Shown: positions 43,347 to 53,367 of the stretch, in pieces | Layout of the letters: each line of letters starts with the position of its first letter | How positions within the stretch are numbered: position 1 is the stretch's first letter | NCBI RefSeq assembly: GCF_000007005.1 | Contig: NC_002754.1 | Strand: one strand, 5' to 3' | From: Saccharolobus solfataricus P2 | GTDB lineage: Archaea > Thermoproteota > Thermoprotei_A > Sulfolobales > Sulfolobaceae | Length of the DNA: 64,000 nt | Program-made: the position numbers and the translations under genes | Notes under the pieces: model-generated | What the model was told of the DNA's origin: nothing | The model's input: the letters and a program-made list of their open reading frames with translations, nothing else | The model's database searches: none

Positions 43347-43551
43347 AATATTTCCTTATAAAAATATTTCATAGTAGCAGTATTTCGCCTTTTTATCTAT
43401 GTTAATGTAAAATGTTCAATTATTAGTTTTTATATTAGAACTCTCCTCGTGATTTGAATGTAGAGAAATAATTAAACATTTTATTACCTAATATTCCTAG
43501 CTAAACATTTTTTACGTGATAAAATAAATAGCTAAGAGTGCAATATAATAT

Positions 43552-44400
43552 GTGTATCCGCCAGATTTTACATATGTTAGGGTTAGTAGCTCTGAGGAAG
43601 CTACAAAATTTCTAGAATCCCACGACGATGCAAGGCCTCTAGCTGGAGGACAAAGTTTAATTCCAATGCTTAAACTTCGTGTAATATCGCCCAATTATAT
43701 AGTTGACCTAAATCCTATAACGTCACTAAGTTATGTAAGAAGTTCCTTTAATTCAACTAAAATTGGTGCTCTAACTCGATATAATGAAATACTAAAGAAT
43801 GATCTAGTAAGGGTAAACGTTCCATTACTTCATCAAGCAGTTAGGGTAGTAGGAGATATGCAAGTTAGAAACTTAGGTACTATTGGTGGTAGCGCTGCAA
43901 ACGCTGATCCATCAGCTGATATCCCCACTGTACTTACTGCGTTAAACGCCGAAATTATTCTATCCTCAGCATCCGGCAATAGATCAGTTAATGCTCTAGA
44001 TTTCTTTAAAGGCGCATTCGCCACAGATTTAAGAAAAGGTGAAATTATCTCTGAAATTGTTTTACCTAACTTGGAGGGATATAGAACAATTTACAAAAAG
44101 GTCGTAAGAAGAGCTGGAGATTTTGCACTTGTATCTCTAGCATTAGCGATAAAATTGAGGCAAAATGAGATAGAGGATATTAGATTAGCTTATGGTGGAG
44201 TTGGGGAGAGACCATTCAGAGCGTTAGAAGTTGAGAAAAGTGTAATGGGTAAAAGGCTAAATGATGAGTTAGTAGAGGAAATTGTAAGTAAGGTTTCAAG
44301 TCAAGTAAATCCCCCTTCCGATACTAGGGGGAGTTCTTGGTATAGGAGGGAGGTTATGAAGGTTATAACTAGAAAAGCCTTAAAGGAGGTGTCGGGTTAA
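43552..44400 (+). CDS. cutB: Molybdo-hydroxylase FAD subunit (aldehyde oxidoreductase beta)
   Basis: LAGGQSLIP, QVRNLGTIGGS. Confidence 0.92.
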   Translation: MYPPDFTYVRVSSSEEATKFLESHDDARPLAGGQSLIPMLKLRVISPNYIVDLNPITSLSYVRSSFNSTKIGALTRYNEILKNDLVRVNVPLLHQAVRVVGDMQVRNLGTIGGSAANADPSADIPTVLTALNAEIILSSASGNRSVNALDFFKGAFATDLRKGEIISEIVLPNLEGYRTIYKKVVRRAGDFALVSLALAIKLRQNEIEDIRLAYGGVGERPFRALEVEKSVMGKRLNDELVEEIVSKVSSQVNPPSDTRGSSWYRREVMKVITRKALKEVSG

Positions 44401-44892
44401 ATGTTAATGGTTAATCAAGGAGAGAAAATTAAAATAAAAGTTAAGGTAAATGGAGTATTGTATGAGAGATATGTAAGTCCAAGGATACTATTAGTTGACT
44501 TTTTAAGGGAAGAGTTAGGCTTAACGGGAACGAAAATTGGATGTGATACTACAACTTGTGGCGCATGCACAGTTCTATTAAATGGTAAATCAGTAAAATC
44601 TTGTACATTGTTTGCAGTGCAAGCTGATGGTGCAGAAATAACTACAATTGAGGGTCTCTCAGTAGATTCTAAGCTTCATCCAATTCAAGAGGCGTTTAAG
44701 GAAAATTTCGCCCTTCAGTGTGGTTTCTGTACGCCGGGAATGATAATGCAGGCATATTTCTTGCTGAAAGAAAATCCAAATCCTTCTGAAGAGGAGGTTA
44801 GAGATGGACTTCACGGTAACATTTGTAGGTGTACTGGATATCAAAATATTGTTAAGGCAGTTTTAGATGCTTCAAGGAGGTTGAGAGCATGA
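44401..44892 (+). CDS. cutC: Molybdo-hydroxylase 2Fe-2S subunit
   Basis: [28 protein letters not shown]. Confidence 0.95.
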   Translation: MLMVNQGEKIKIKVKVNGVLYERYVSPRILLVDFLREELGLTGTKIGCDTTTCGACTVLLNGKSVKSCTLFAVQADGAEITTIEGLSVDSKLHPIQEAFKENFALQCGFCTPGMIMQAYFLLKENPNPSEEEVRDGLHGNICRCTGYQNIVKAVLDASRRLRA

Positions 44893-47138
44893 GCTACGTT
44901 GGCAAGCCAGTAAAAAGAATTTATGACGATAAATTCGTAACAGGTAGAAGCACTTATGTTGACGATATAAGGATACCAGCTCTATATGCCGGTTTTGTTA
45001 GAAGTACTTATCCCCATGCAATTATTAAGAGAATTGATGTTAGTGATGCGTTAAAGGTTAATGGTATAGTTGCAGTATTTACTGCAAAGGAAATTAACCC
45101 CTTATTAAAAGGTGGAATTAGACCTTGGCCTACGTATATAGATATACGATCATTTAGGTACAGTGAGAGGAAGGCATTTCCAGAAAATAAGGTCAAATAT
45201 GTAGGTGAACCAGTAGCAATTGTGCTTGGCCAAGACAAGTATAGCGTTAGAGACGCCATAGATAAGGTAGTAGTTGAGTATGAACCCTTAAAACCAGTTA
45301 TTAGAATGGAAGAAGCAGAAAAAGATCAAGTAATAATCCATGAGGAGTTAAAAACTAACATATCCTATAAGATTCCATTTAAAGCAGGAGAAGTTGACAA
45401 GGCATTCAGTGAATCTGATAAGGTAGTTAGAGTTGAGGCCATAAATGAAAGATTAATTCCAAATCCCATGGAACCTAGAGGAATTGTATCTAGGTTTGAA
45501 GCAGGAACACTATCAATATGGTACTCTACTCAAGTTCCTCATTATATGCGTTCAGAATTTGCCAGGATACTTGGTATACCCGAAAGTAAGATAAAAGTCA
45601 GTATGCCGGATGTGGGAGGTGCCTTTGGGGCTAAAGTTCATTTAATGCCAGAAGAGTTAGCAGTAGTAGCATCGTCAATCATTTTAGGGAGGCCAGTAAG
45701 ATGGACAGCTACTAGAAGTGAGGAGATGTTAGCCAGTGAAGCGAGGCATAACGTTTTCACTGGTGAGGTAGCAGTTAAAAGAGATGGTACTATTCTAGGT
45801 ATAAAGGGTAAACTATTGCTAGATCTAGGAGCCTATATAACAGTAACTGCCGGTATCCAACCATTAATAATACCAATGATGATACCCGGCCCCTACAAAA
45901 TACGTAATCTGGATATCGAAAGCGTTGCAGTCTACACTAATACCCCACCAATTACTATGTACAGAGGAGCCAGTAGACCAGAGGCAACATATATAATTGA
46001 AAGGATAATGAGTACAGTGGCTGACGAGTTAGGGTTAGATGATGTAAGTATTAGGGAAAAGAATCTAGTCACTGAATTACCATATACAAATCCGTTTGGT
46101 TTAAGGTATGATAGTGGAGACTATGTTGGATTATTAAGAGAAGGCGTGAAGAGGTTAGGTTATTACGAACTTAAGAAGTGGGCTGAAGAGGAGAGAAAGA
46201 AGGGGCATAGGGTTGGAGTAGGGTTAGCGTATTATCTGGAAATATGTAGTTTTGGTCCATGGGAATACGCTGAAGTTAGAGTGGATGAGAGGGGTGATGT
46301 ATTAGTCGTTACTGGTACAACACCTCATGGACAAGGTACAGAAACTGCAATAGCTCAAATAGTTGCAGACGCCTTACAAATAGATATAAGTAGAGTTAGG
46401 GTAATATGGGGAGATACTGATACTGTTGCAGCCAGTATGGGAACTTATGGTTCAAGATCTGTAACAATAGGTGGCTCTGCAGCAATTAAAGTTGCAGAAA
46501 AAATCTTAGATAAGATGAAGAGAATTGCAGCATCTACTTGGAATGTCGATGTTCAAGAAGTTCAATATGAGAAAGGAGAGTTTAAGTTAAAGAATGATCC
46601 AAGTAAGAAGATGAGTTGGGACGACGTTGCTAGCATAGCGTATAGAAGTCATGATCCTGGGCTAGTAGAGAAGATAATCTACGAGAACGATGTGACTTTC
46701 CCCTATGGAGTCCATATAGCGACAGTGGAGGTAGATGATACTGGAGTTGCTAGAGTTTTAGAATATAGGGCATACGATGATATTGGGAAGGTTGTAAATC
46801 CAGCATTAGCAGAAGCGCAGATTCATGGTGGAGGTGTCCAGGCTGTTGGACAAGCACTATATGAGCAAGCTTTACTCAATGAGAATGGACAGTTAATCGT
46901 AACTTATGCAGATTATTATGTCCCAACTGCTGTTGAGGCGCCTAAGTTTACGTCAGTCTTTGCTGATCAATATCATCCATCTAACTATCCAACTGGTAGT
47001 AAGGGTGTTGGAGAGGCAGCATTAATCGTAGGTCCTGCAGTGATAATTAGAGCATTGGAGGACGCTATTGGCACTAGATTCACTAAAACTCCAACTACTC
47101 CAGAGGAAATTTTAAGGGCTATCGCTAGTAAAAGATGA
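44889..47138 (+). CDS. cutA: Molybdopterin-binding large subunit (glyceraldehyde/aldehyde oxidoreductase type)
   Basis: [40 protein letters not shown]; lacks the CODH VAYRCSFR loop. Confidence 0.92.
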   Translation: MSYVGKPVKRIYDDKFVTGRSTYVDDIRIPALYAGFVRSTYPHAIIKRIDVSDALKVNGIVAVFTAKEINPLLKGGIRPWPTYIDIRSFRYSERKAFPENKVKYVGEPVAIVLGQDKYSVRDAIDKVVVEYEPLKPVIRMEEAEKDQVIIHEELKTNISYKIPFKAGEVDKAFSESDKVVRVEAINERLIPNPMEPRGIVSRFEAGTLSIWYSTQVPHYMRSEFARILGIPESKIKVSMPDVGGAFGAKVHLMPEELAVVASSIILGRPVRWTATRSEEMLASEARHNVFTGEVAVKRDGTILGIKGKLLLDLGAYITVTAGIQPLIIPMMIPGPYKIRNLDIESVAVYTNTPPITMYRGASRPEATYIIERIMSTVADELGLDDVSIREKNLVTELPYTNPFGLRYDSGDYVGLLREGVKRLGYYELKKWAEEERKKGHRVGVGLAYYLEICSFGPWEYAEVRVDERGDVLVVTGTTPHGQGTETAIAQIVADALQIDISRVRVIWGDTDTVAASMGTYGSRSVTIGGSAAIKVAEKILDKMKRIAASTWNVDVQEVQYEKGEFKLKNDPSKKMSWDDVASIAYRSHDPGLVEKIIYENDVTFPYGVHIATVEVDDTGVARVLEYRAYDDIGKVVNPALAEAQIHGGGVQAVGQALYEQALLNENGQLIVTYADYYVPTAVEAPKFTSVFADQYHPSNYPTGSKGVGEAALIVGPAVIIRALEDAIGTRFTKTPTTPEEILRAIASKR

Positions 47139-47260
47139 TAGCATTTTTCTTAACTACTTTTTATAAATATAATTTATAAATAACTTTTAGATTTAGTGCA
47201 AAAAGTTATTATTTTGAAGGTAAAGTTTATTTATGGAAAATATCATATTTATATAATGAG

Positions 47261-47581
47261 ATGATAGAAATGTTAGATAAAGTACCGGGTATAATTGCCG
47301 TATTTAGATTTCGTGAGGGTAAACTTGCAAAAATATACGGTCAAGATATCTCAATGGACCTAGATAAATTAAGTAACATTTTAGTAGAGAATATGAGAAT
47401 TGGCGAAACTGAAGCTAAAGAGTTAAAGTTTCTTGAGCCGTTCAGAGGATTTGCTATGATATTAGATGATACGGGAGTTGTATTCGTAGATGACTATTTA
47501 GTAATAACTGATGCTAAGAAAACCAATTGGGACTTATTGGTTAAGTCTATTTTAAAAGGAGAGGTGATAAGAAGTGGGTAG
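47261..47581 (+). CDS. Roadblock/DUF2173-like small protein
   Basis: PGIIAVFRF..GKL, EAKELKF..FRGFAM. Confidence 0.55.
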   Translation: MIEMLDKVPGIIAVFRFREGKLAKIYGQDISMDLDKLSNILVENMRIGETEAKELKFLEPFRGFAMILDDTGVVFVDDYLVITDAKKTNWDLLVKSILKGEVIRSG

Positions 47582-48050
47582 TGTAAAGAAGTTGAAAGGA
47601 TATGAGGGGCATGTGAAAATTGACGAGAATGGTGAAATTGAAGAAAGTTCAAATATAGAAAATCTCTCTAAACTAGTTGAATTAATAAAATTTAATTTAA
47701 AAAAGGGTAATGAAGAGGCGAAACAACTAGGTTTTAACAAGCTGAATGGTTTTGCAATGTTTGGTAGCAATAAGTCCTTAACCTTTATGAAAGGTTTAGC
47801 TATAGTTGTAGATAATGATAAAGCTGATTGGCAAGACTTATTCACATATTATACCTATAATAAGACATTTATAATAACTGGAGGGGTATTGGTTTTACTT
47901 TCAATACTATTATTCTATTATGGGCTGCTTACTCCTATGTTTAACTTTATGGCTCCAGAGCCTCGCATTTATATACCAACAATCCTATTATTAATAGGAG
48001 TAATATTTCTGATACTTTCCAAGTCTACCTTCTCTTACAGATTAGAATGA
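47574..48050 (+). CDS. Paralog of 47261-47581 with two C-terminal TM helices
   Basis: EAKQLGF..LNGFAM, ADWQDLF, then two hydrophobic helices. Confidence 0.6.
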   Translation: MGSVKKLKGYEGHVKIDENGEIEESSNIENLSKLVELIKFNLKKGNEEAKQLGFNKLNGFAMFGSNKSLTFMKGLAIVVDNDKADWQDLFTYYTYNKTFIITGGVLVLLSILLFYYGLLTPMFNFMAPEPRIYIPTILLLIGVIFLILSKSTFSYRLE

Positions 48051-48132
48051 CTCTTTTTTAAAATAAACTTGTAGATAGTAATGATAGAAACTTTTAAAAA
48101 CTAGCAGTAATAAAGTAATATAACGTGAGAGA

Positions 48133-48567
48133 ATGAAAGAGCTAAAAGGAACCAAAACTGCTGAAAACTTGAGGCATGCATTCTGCGGAGAAGCAATGGC
48201 TAACCGAAGGTATCTATATTTCGCTAAAAGAGCTGATGAGGAAGGATACCCTGAAATTGCTGGATTGTTAAGAAGCATAGCAGAAGGTGAAACTGCCCAC
48301 GCATTTGGTCACTTAGATTTCATAAGGCAAGGAGGAATTGGCGATCCAGCTACTGATAAACCAATAGGAACATTAGAGCAAATGTTAGAATCAGCAGTAG
48401 CAGGAGAAACTTACGAATGGACGCAAATGTACCCAGGCTATGCTAAGGTAGCTAGAGAAGAAGGGTTTAATGAAATTGCAGAATGGTTTGAAACCTTGGC
48501 AAGAGCTGAGAAAAGCCATGCTGAGAAATTCACTGGAGTGCTTAACCAACTAAAGGGAGGCAAGTAA
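48133..48567 (+). CDS. Sulerythrin (rubrerythrin lacking rubredoxin domain)
   Basis: GEAMANRRY, EGETAH, GETYE, AEKSH diiron ligands. Confidence 0.93.
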   Translation: MKELKGTKTAENLRHAFCGEAMANRRYLYFAKRADEEGYPEIAGLLRSIAEGETAHAFGHLDFIRQGGIGDPATDKPIGTLEQMLESAVAGETYEWTQMYPGYAKVAREEGFNEIAEWFETLARAEKSHAEKFTGVLNQLKGGK

Positions 48568-49754
48568 TGTATTCTTTAAATCCAAGTAATTCTACTTTTT
48601 TTGACTCTAATAAATTATTATCAGAATTTATAAGGCAAGCGAGCGTTTGTCACGGTTGCAGATTATGTTTCAACTATTGCGATTCTTTTCCCCTTATGTT
48701 TACTTATACTGATAAGAAAGGCCCCAAAAACTTAACCTTAGATGACTTGTTTAATGTAGCCTCTAAGTGCTTTCACTGTAAGATGTGCTACGTCAATTGT
48801 CCCTATGTTCCTCCTCACGAATTTAACATGGACTTTCCAAGCCTAATGGAATGGGCGTGGCTATACTATAAGAAAAATCGAGGATTAACTGTAAGGGATT
48901 TTATCTTTGAAATGCTAGATGGTGTGAAGTTTGCAAGGCCCTTAGCTAAAGTAATTATGGAAAAGAACAAGGAGTTATTAGGTATTCACAAAGAAGCCCC
49001 CACGTTACCAGTAGCGGAGAAAGGTTTAAGGGAAAGAGTTAAGCCCAAACGTATCGATAGTCCCAAAGCAAGGGTTGCACTATTTCCCACTTGTTTAATT
49101 GAGAATTTCTTCCCAGAAATTGGCGAGGATTTAGTAGAAATATACAACGAATTAGGGATAGAAGTAATTATTCCTAATTTCGTTTGTTGTGGAGCTCCAA
49201 TGTTGGATTCTGGTGACGTTGATAGGCTTAAGAAGAATGCTGAGTATAATATCAAAATAATTGAGGATTTAATAAAGGAAGGTTATGATGTAGTTTCGCC
49301 TATACCTACTTGTACGTTAATGATTAAGGAGTACAAGAAGGTTCTTGATAGAGAAGTACCTAAGGTTTATGATGCAATGGAGTATCTTTTAAAATTAAAG
49401 AATGAGGGCAAGATAGAGCTAAAGGGTAAGATTGAGAAGAGTGTGTATTATCATCCTCCATGCCACCTTAAGTTCTTACAATTAGGATTACCTGGGGTTA
49501 GATTATTAAGGTCAATGGGAGCGAAAGTCGATATTTCCAATAATGGTTGTTCCGGTATAGATGGGGGTTGGGGATTAAGAAATTATGACACTGCTAAAAG
49601 AGTAGGAAGTAAAATGATGGAAGCTTTTAAACAGAGTAAAGCTGATCTTTTTTCAACTGAATGCCCTCTGGCTGGGCTTCAGATAGAAAAATCTTCTGGT
49701 AGAAGGCCATTACATCCAATTCAATTGTTAAAGGAGGCGATGAAAAATGGTTAA
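48567..49754 (+). CDS. GlpC/HdrD-like Fe-S oxidoreductase
   Basis: CHGCRLCFNYC, CFHCKMCYVNCP, CCG domains. Confidence 0.9.
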   Translation: MYSLNPSNSTFFDSNKLLSEFIRQASVCHGCRLCFNYCDSFPLMFTYTDKKGPKNLTLDDLFNVASKCFHCKMCYVNCPYVPPHEFNMDFPSLMEWAWLYYKKNRGLTVRDFIFEMLDGVKFARPLAKVIMEKNKELLGIHKEAPTLPVAEKGLRERVKPKRIDSPKARVALFPTCLIENFFPEIGEDLVEIYNELGIEVIIPNFVCCGAPMLDSGDVDRLKKNAEYNIKIIEDLIKEGYDVVSPIPTCTLMIKEYKKVLDREVPKVYDAMEYLLKLKNEGKIELKGKIEKSVYYHPPCHLKFLQLGLPGVRLLRSMGAKVDISNNGCSGIDGGWGLRNYDTAKRVGSKMMEAFKQSKADLFSTECPLAGLQIEKSSGRRPLHPIQLLKEAMKNG

Positions 49755-50313
49755 AATAACCCTACAAGATATCTTACCTTGGAGAACATATGAAAAAGTT
49801 CGAATGGATAGAATAAGGAGGATTATTGAGGTAAAGAATAAGAGAAGAATAGAGCTAGGTGATAGATTAACATTATTGTTTGAAAATAGGGATACTGTTC
49901 TTCAGCAAATTCAAGAGATGGTTTACCTCGATAAAAAAGAGAAAAACGAAGACATACTAGAAGAAATAAAGATATACTCAACATTGCTTCCATGTGACGG
50001 TAAGATAAAAGCCTCTCTATATATACATTCCTATGACTTTAAGGATCTGGATTGGGTCTATGATAATTTGAAAGGCATATATAACTCAGTATTCTTAAGA
50101 GTAGGAAACAAACTAATTCAAGGAATTCCAGAGGGAGGAAGAGATCAAGGAAGAGAGTTCTCTACGGTCCAGTATTTGACATTTGATCTTGAGGGAGAGA
50201 AAAGTACCGATATGGAAGTTCATGTAATTCACGAGAAGTATAGATATTCAACTAAGATTGACAAAAGCTTAGCGGAGGATTTAATTAGAGAAGCGTATGA
50301 TATTTGTGAATGA
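49747..50313 (+). CDS. DUF3501-family protein
   Basis: RRIELGD..TLLFENRDTVLQQIQEM, STVQYLTF. Confidence 0.85.
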   Translation: MVKITLQDILPWRTYEKVRMDRIRRIIEVKNKRRIELGDRLTLLFENRDTVLQQIQEMVYLDKKEKNEDILEEIKIYSTLLPCDGKIKASLYIHSYDFKDLDWVYDNLKGIYNSVFLRVGNKLIQGIPEGGRDQGREFSTVQYLTFDLEGEKSTDMEVHVIHEKYRYSTKIDKSLAEDLIREAYDICE

Positions 50314-50459
50314 TTTTTAAAACTTTTTATTGCAAAAATATTGTTATCATTAAGTTAAATAGTGTATTACGTTATAATGTTTGTATAGACTATACCAAGT
50401 GCAAAATGCATATAAACTTTAAAAACTCCAAGGCAGAGCTTAATATTAAAGTGGTAATT

Positions 50460-50882
50460 ATGTTAGCTAATTCTGCCGATATTGATAACCTTGAAGATTT
50501 TATAATGACCGTAGCGAGAAGTAGAGATATCTTTAATCTTAAGAGCTATAGTTTAAAGATAATTTCTGATTATTCGAAATTCTTTAACATAATATTGCCT
50601 AAAGATGTAAGTGATATTTTAATCGTGTTGCCAATTAGTAGAGACGATTTAGGTAATACCATTAAAAATGAATTAACTAAGATAAGGACTAGTTGTTCAA
50701 TATTAGTATTATATAGTTCTAAATTACAGAAAGATAGAATGGCTGTAGGATTTCGTGCTATTGTTAATAAGACGATTAGTGGTGAAGCCAATATGAATAA
50801 AAATAAAGTAATTAGTAAGCGCCTAGAGCCTCTAGGGTTAAAAACTCATCTAAATCTATACTCTCTCGGTATAACATTTTAA
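50460..50882 (+). CDS. Hypothetical protein (Sulfolobales DUF4898-like)
   Basis: Start at ATG 50460 inferred from upstream CTTTAAAAA and GTGGT; family assignment tentative. Confidence 0.45.
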   Translation: MLANSADIDNLEDFIMTVARSRDIFNLKSYSLKIISDYSKFFNIILPKDVSDILIVLPISRDDLGNTIKNELTKIRTSCSILVLYSSKLQKDRMAVGFRAIVNKTISGEANMNKNKVISKRLEPLGLKTHLNLYSLGITF

Positions 50883-50949
50883 CTCACGAGTAATCTTTCT
50901 TCTCAGAGCTTTTAAGGTATTGCAATACTGGTCAATAGTCATTTGTCTA

Positions 50950-51765
50950 TTAGTATTCTCCTAGAGTACCTTTTTCTCTAGCTTTTTTGAATGCGTGATT
51001 ATACGAAAATACACCTAGTGGTAATAGAACTATGTCAAATATAGTTAATATTATAATAAACGGAGCAATATCGGTTATTGGGGCCCCATTTAGAAAAGCC
51101 TCTCTTAACCCCTCTAGTGCCCACGTTAACGGGATTCCATAACTTATATATCTAACGTATAGTGGGAGTACTGTAACGGGAAATACGGTCCCTCCAAGTA
51201 GGTTTGTAAAGGTGTTGAAGAAGAATGAAATTGGATTTCCTTGTTTTGTTACCATTGTAACAGCACCAGCTATCATACCTATACCTAAAGTCGATAATAT
51301 CAACAATACGATAATGACTATTGCACTGACTATATTGACATTGTAGTGTATATTTAATGCAAATCCTACGGCTAAAATTATAATCGCATTTATTGTATTT
51401 AGGGTAAGACCCCAAAGTGCAGAATATAGCAAAAATCCAAACGTTCCAGTCCTTGAGATAACATAATACTCTATGGTTCCGTAAAGTTGTTCATTACGTA
51501 ATCTTTGACTTATGGTTGAAATTACTGAAGATACATACCCTTGAAAAGCTAATCCTATGGTGAAAAACGCTGTATAATTACTTACTCCAACTTCGTTCAC
51601 TAATCTATTTCCTAATGCAGTCCCAGTGAAATAATATGTGAAAACTGGAAGAACCCAACCTAATACTGTTAGTACTGTTTGGGTTCTGTATGATACCCAT
51701 ACCTTAAATCCCCTTAAATATAAGAAAGAGTAAAGTTTTCCGCTTATCCCCATCTTCCTCCCCAT
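50950..51765 (-). CDS. ABC-2 type exporter permease
   Basis: Six [24 protein letters not shown]. Confidence 0.88.
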   Translation of the reverse strand: MGRKMGISGKLYSFLYLRGFKVWVSYRTQTVLTVLGWVLPVFTYYFTGTALGNRLVNEVGVSNYTAFFTIGLAFQGYVSSVISTISQRLRNEQLYGTIEYYVISRTGTFGFLLYSALWGLTLNTINAIIILAVGFALNIHYNVNIVSAIVIIVLLILSTLGIGMIAGAVTMVTKQGNPISFFFNTFTNLLGGTVFPVTVLPLYVRYISYGIPLTWALEGLREAFLNGAPITDIAPFIIILTIFDIVLLPLGVFSYNHAFKKAREKGTLGEY

Positions 51766-52673
51766 CCTCCTCTCCTTACAGCTTCCAACCTTGCAGAATC
51801 CTCTACATCTCCTATTAAATATATATATACGTCTTCCAATGACGGCTCTTCTTCCTTAATTACTCTATAATCCTTTAGTTCATCAAGTTCCTTTTCTGGT
51901 ATTCTCAAAATATAGTAGTTCGTGGAAGTCTGCACTACATATTTACCTAATGTTAATGGGTATTCATTGACCTCTACTTCTATAACTTTGCCCAAATAAT
52001 TCTTTAAATTATCTTTGTTTCCCTCGGCTATTGCTTTACCCTTCTTTAATAGTATTATCTTCTCTGCCAACTCCTCAATATCTTTCATATAATGGGAGGT
52101 AAGGAGAATAGTTTTGTCTCTGCCAATTCTTCTAACTAAATCTCTAAACATTCTAGCTGATAGTGGATCTAAACCTAAGGTAGGTTCATCTAATAGCAGA
52201 ACTGGTGGATCTGTTATTAACGCCCTAGCTAATGCCAATTTTCTCTGCATCCCAGTACTAAACTTCATGTAGGGTATGTTCCCCCACTCAGACAACCCCA
52301 CAATTTCTAATACTTCCTTTGCTCTTTTCCTAGCATCAGATAGGGATAAGTTTTGCAAGCTGGCGAAGAATATTAAGTTTTCTAGGGCAGTTAGTCTATA
52401 ATAAAATAACCTTTCACTTACGGTGACTAAACCTATTGATTCTCTAACCTTCTTTTCCTCTTTAGTTATGCTATAACCATTAACTAACGCATCACCAGAA
52501 CTAGGTATAATGAGAGTCGAAAGCATTTTAATTATTGTAGTTTTTCCTGCTCCATTTGGCCCTACTAAAGCTCCAGTAGAATTTCTCTCTATTTCAAAGG
52601 ACACGTCATCTACAGCCTTTATTTCCTTATTCTTTATTTTAAAAGTCTTCGAGATGTCAATTGTTTTGATCAT
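51744..52673 (-). CDS. ABC-2 exporter ATPase
   Basis: [34 protein letters not shown]. Confidence 0.93.
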   Translation of the reverse strand: MIKTIDISKTFKIKNKEIKAVDDVSFEIERNSTGALVGPNGAGKTTIIKMLSTLIIPSSGDALVNGYSITKEEKKVRESIGLVTVSERLFYYRLTALENLIFFASLQNLSLSDARKRAKEVLEIVGLSEWGNIPYMKFSTGMQRKLALARALITDPPVLLLDEPTLGLDPLSARMFRDLVRRIGRDKTILLTSHYMKDIEELAEKIILLKKGKAIAEGNKDNLKNYLGKVIEVEVNEYPLTLGKYVVQTSTNYYILRIPEKELDELKDYRVIKEEEPSLEDVYIYLIGDVEDSARLEAVRRGGWGGRWG

Positions 52674-52751
52674 TAGTTAAACTATTGACAATAATACTAA
52701 AAACTTTTTGGAGAAAGCTTAAGGATTTTTCTCTCTTAGCTAACTCTCTTT

Positions 52752-52768
52752 AATACTAAATTAGTATT
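52752..52768. promoter_or_regulatory. Perfect 8-1-8 palindrome, candidate operator
   Basis: AATACTAA-A-TTAGTATT between divergent genes; extra half-site at 52693-52700. Confidence 0.4.
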
Positions 52769-52847
52769 GTTGATAAGATTAATAGGGTATAAATATTAGA
52801 TACTTATAATAGAAAGGTTTAAAAACTATTAGGAGAATATATCATGT

Positions 52848-53285
52848 ATGACTAATGAGAGTATAAAATATATAGCCATAAAGATGCTGGCTGATAAAGC
52901 ATATGTAGTTGATGCCATATATAGTTATCTAGTAGAGGGAGAAAGGCCAAGTGTACTAGCGTATAAATATGGGATAACAAAGCACACAATTAGAGGAAAC
53001 ATAATGAGATTCGTAGAGAAGGCGGGTGGAGAGGGGAGGGCGAGAAAGTTAATAGCGCTAGTAAAGCAATCAAATGCCAAAGTAAGTCCTATAGTGTATA
53101 AATCAGACGGAATGTACACGTGCCTCCTTTGCAATGAGAAACTTGATGAAGGTAAATTAGAAAAGCACATTACAACTAAGCATAAGGCCGAGTTACAAAG
53201 AGCAATAAATTATATTATGTCTAAGGTTGAAGGTAAGAAGAAACAAGAAGAGGCTAATAAGAAAGAAGTTGTTGTCAACGCTTAA
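52848..53285 (+). CDS. HTH plus C2H2 zinc-finger protein
   Basis: PSVLAYKYGITKHTIRG (HTH-like); YTCLLCNEKLDEGKLEKHITTKH. Confidence 0.75.
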   Translation: MTNESIKYIAIKMLADKAYVVDAIYSYLVEGERPSVLAYKYGITKHTIRGNIMRFVEKAGGEGRARKLIALVKQSNAKVSPIVYKSDGMYTCLLCNEKLDEGKLEKHITTKHKAELQRAINYIMSKVEGKKKQEEANKKEVVVNA

Positions 53286-53367
53286 TAAAAGAGAATATTT
53301 TTAATTGATAAATATAGTTAATATATGTCACGATTTTTAAGTTATACTCCAACTTCTTTTATGAATG

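Noticed and set aside
44889-47138. True aerobic CO dehydrogenase
   Set aside because: The active-site loop reads YRGASR rather than AYRCSFR; consistent with an aldehyde oxidoreductase
50310-50459. 5' part of the 190-aa ORF
   Set aside because: AT-rich, promoter-like sequence; the real start is more likely 50460
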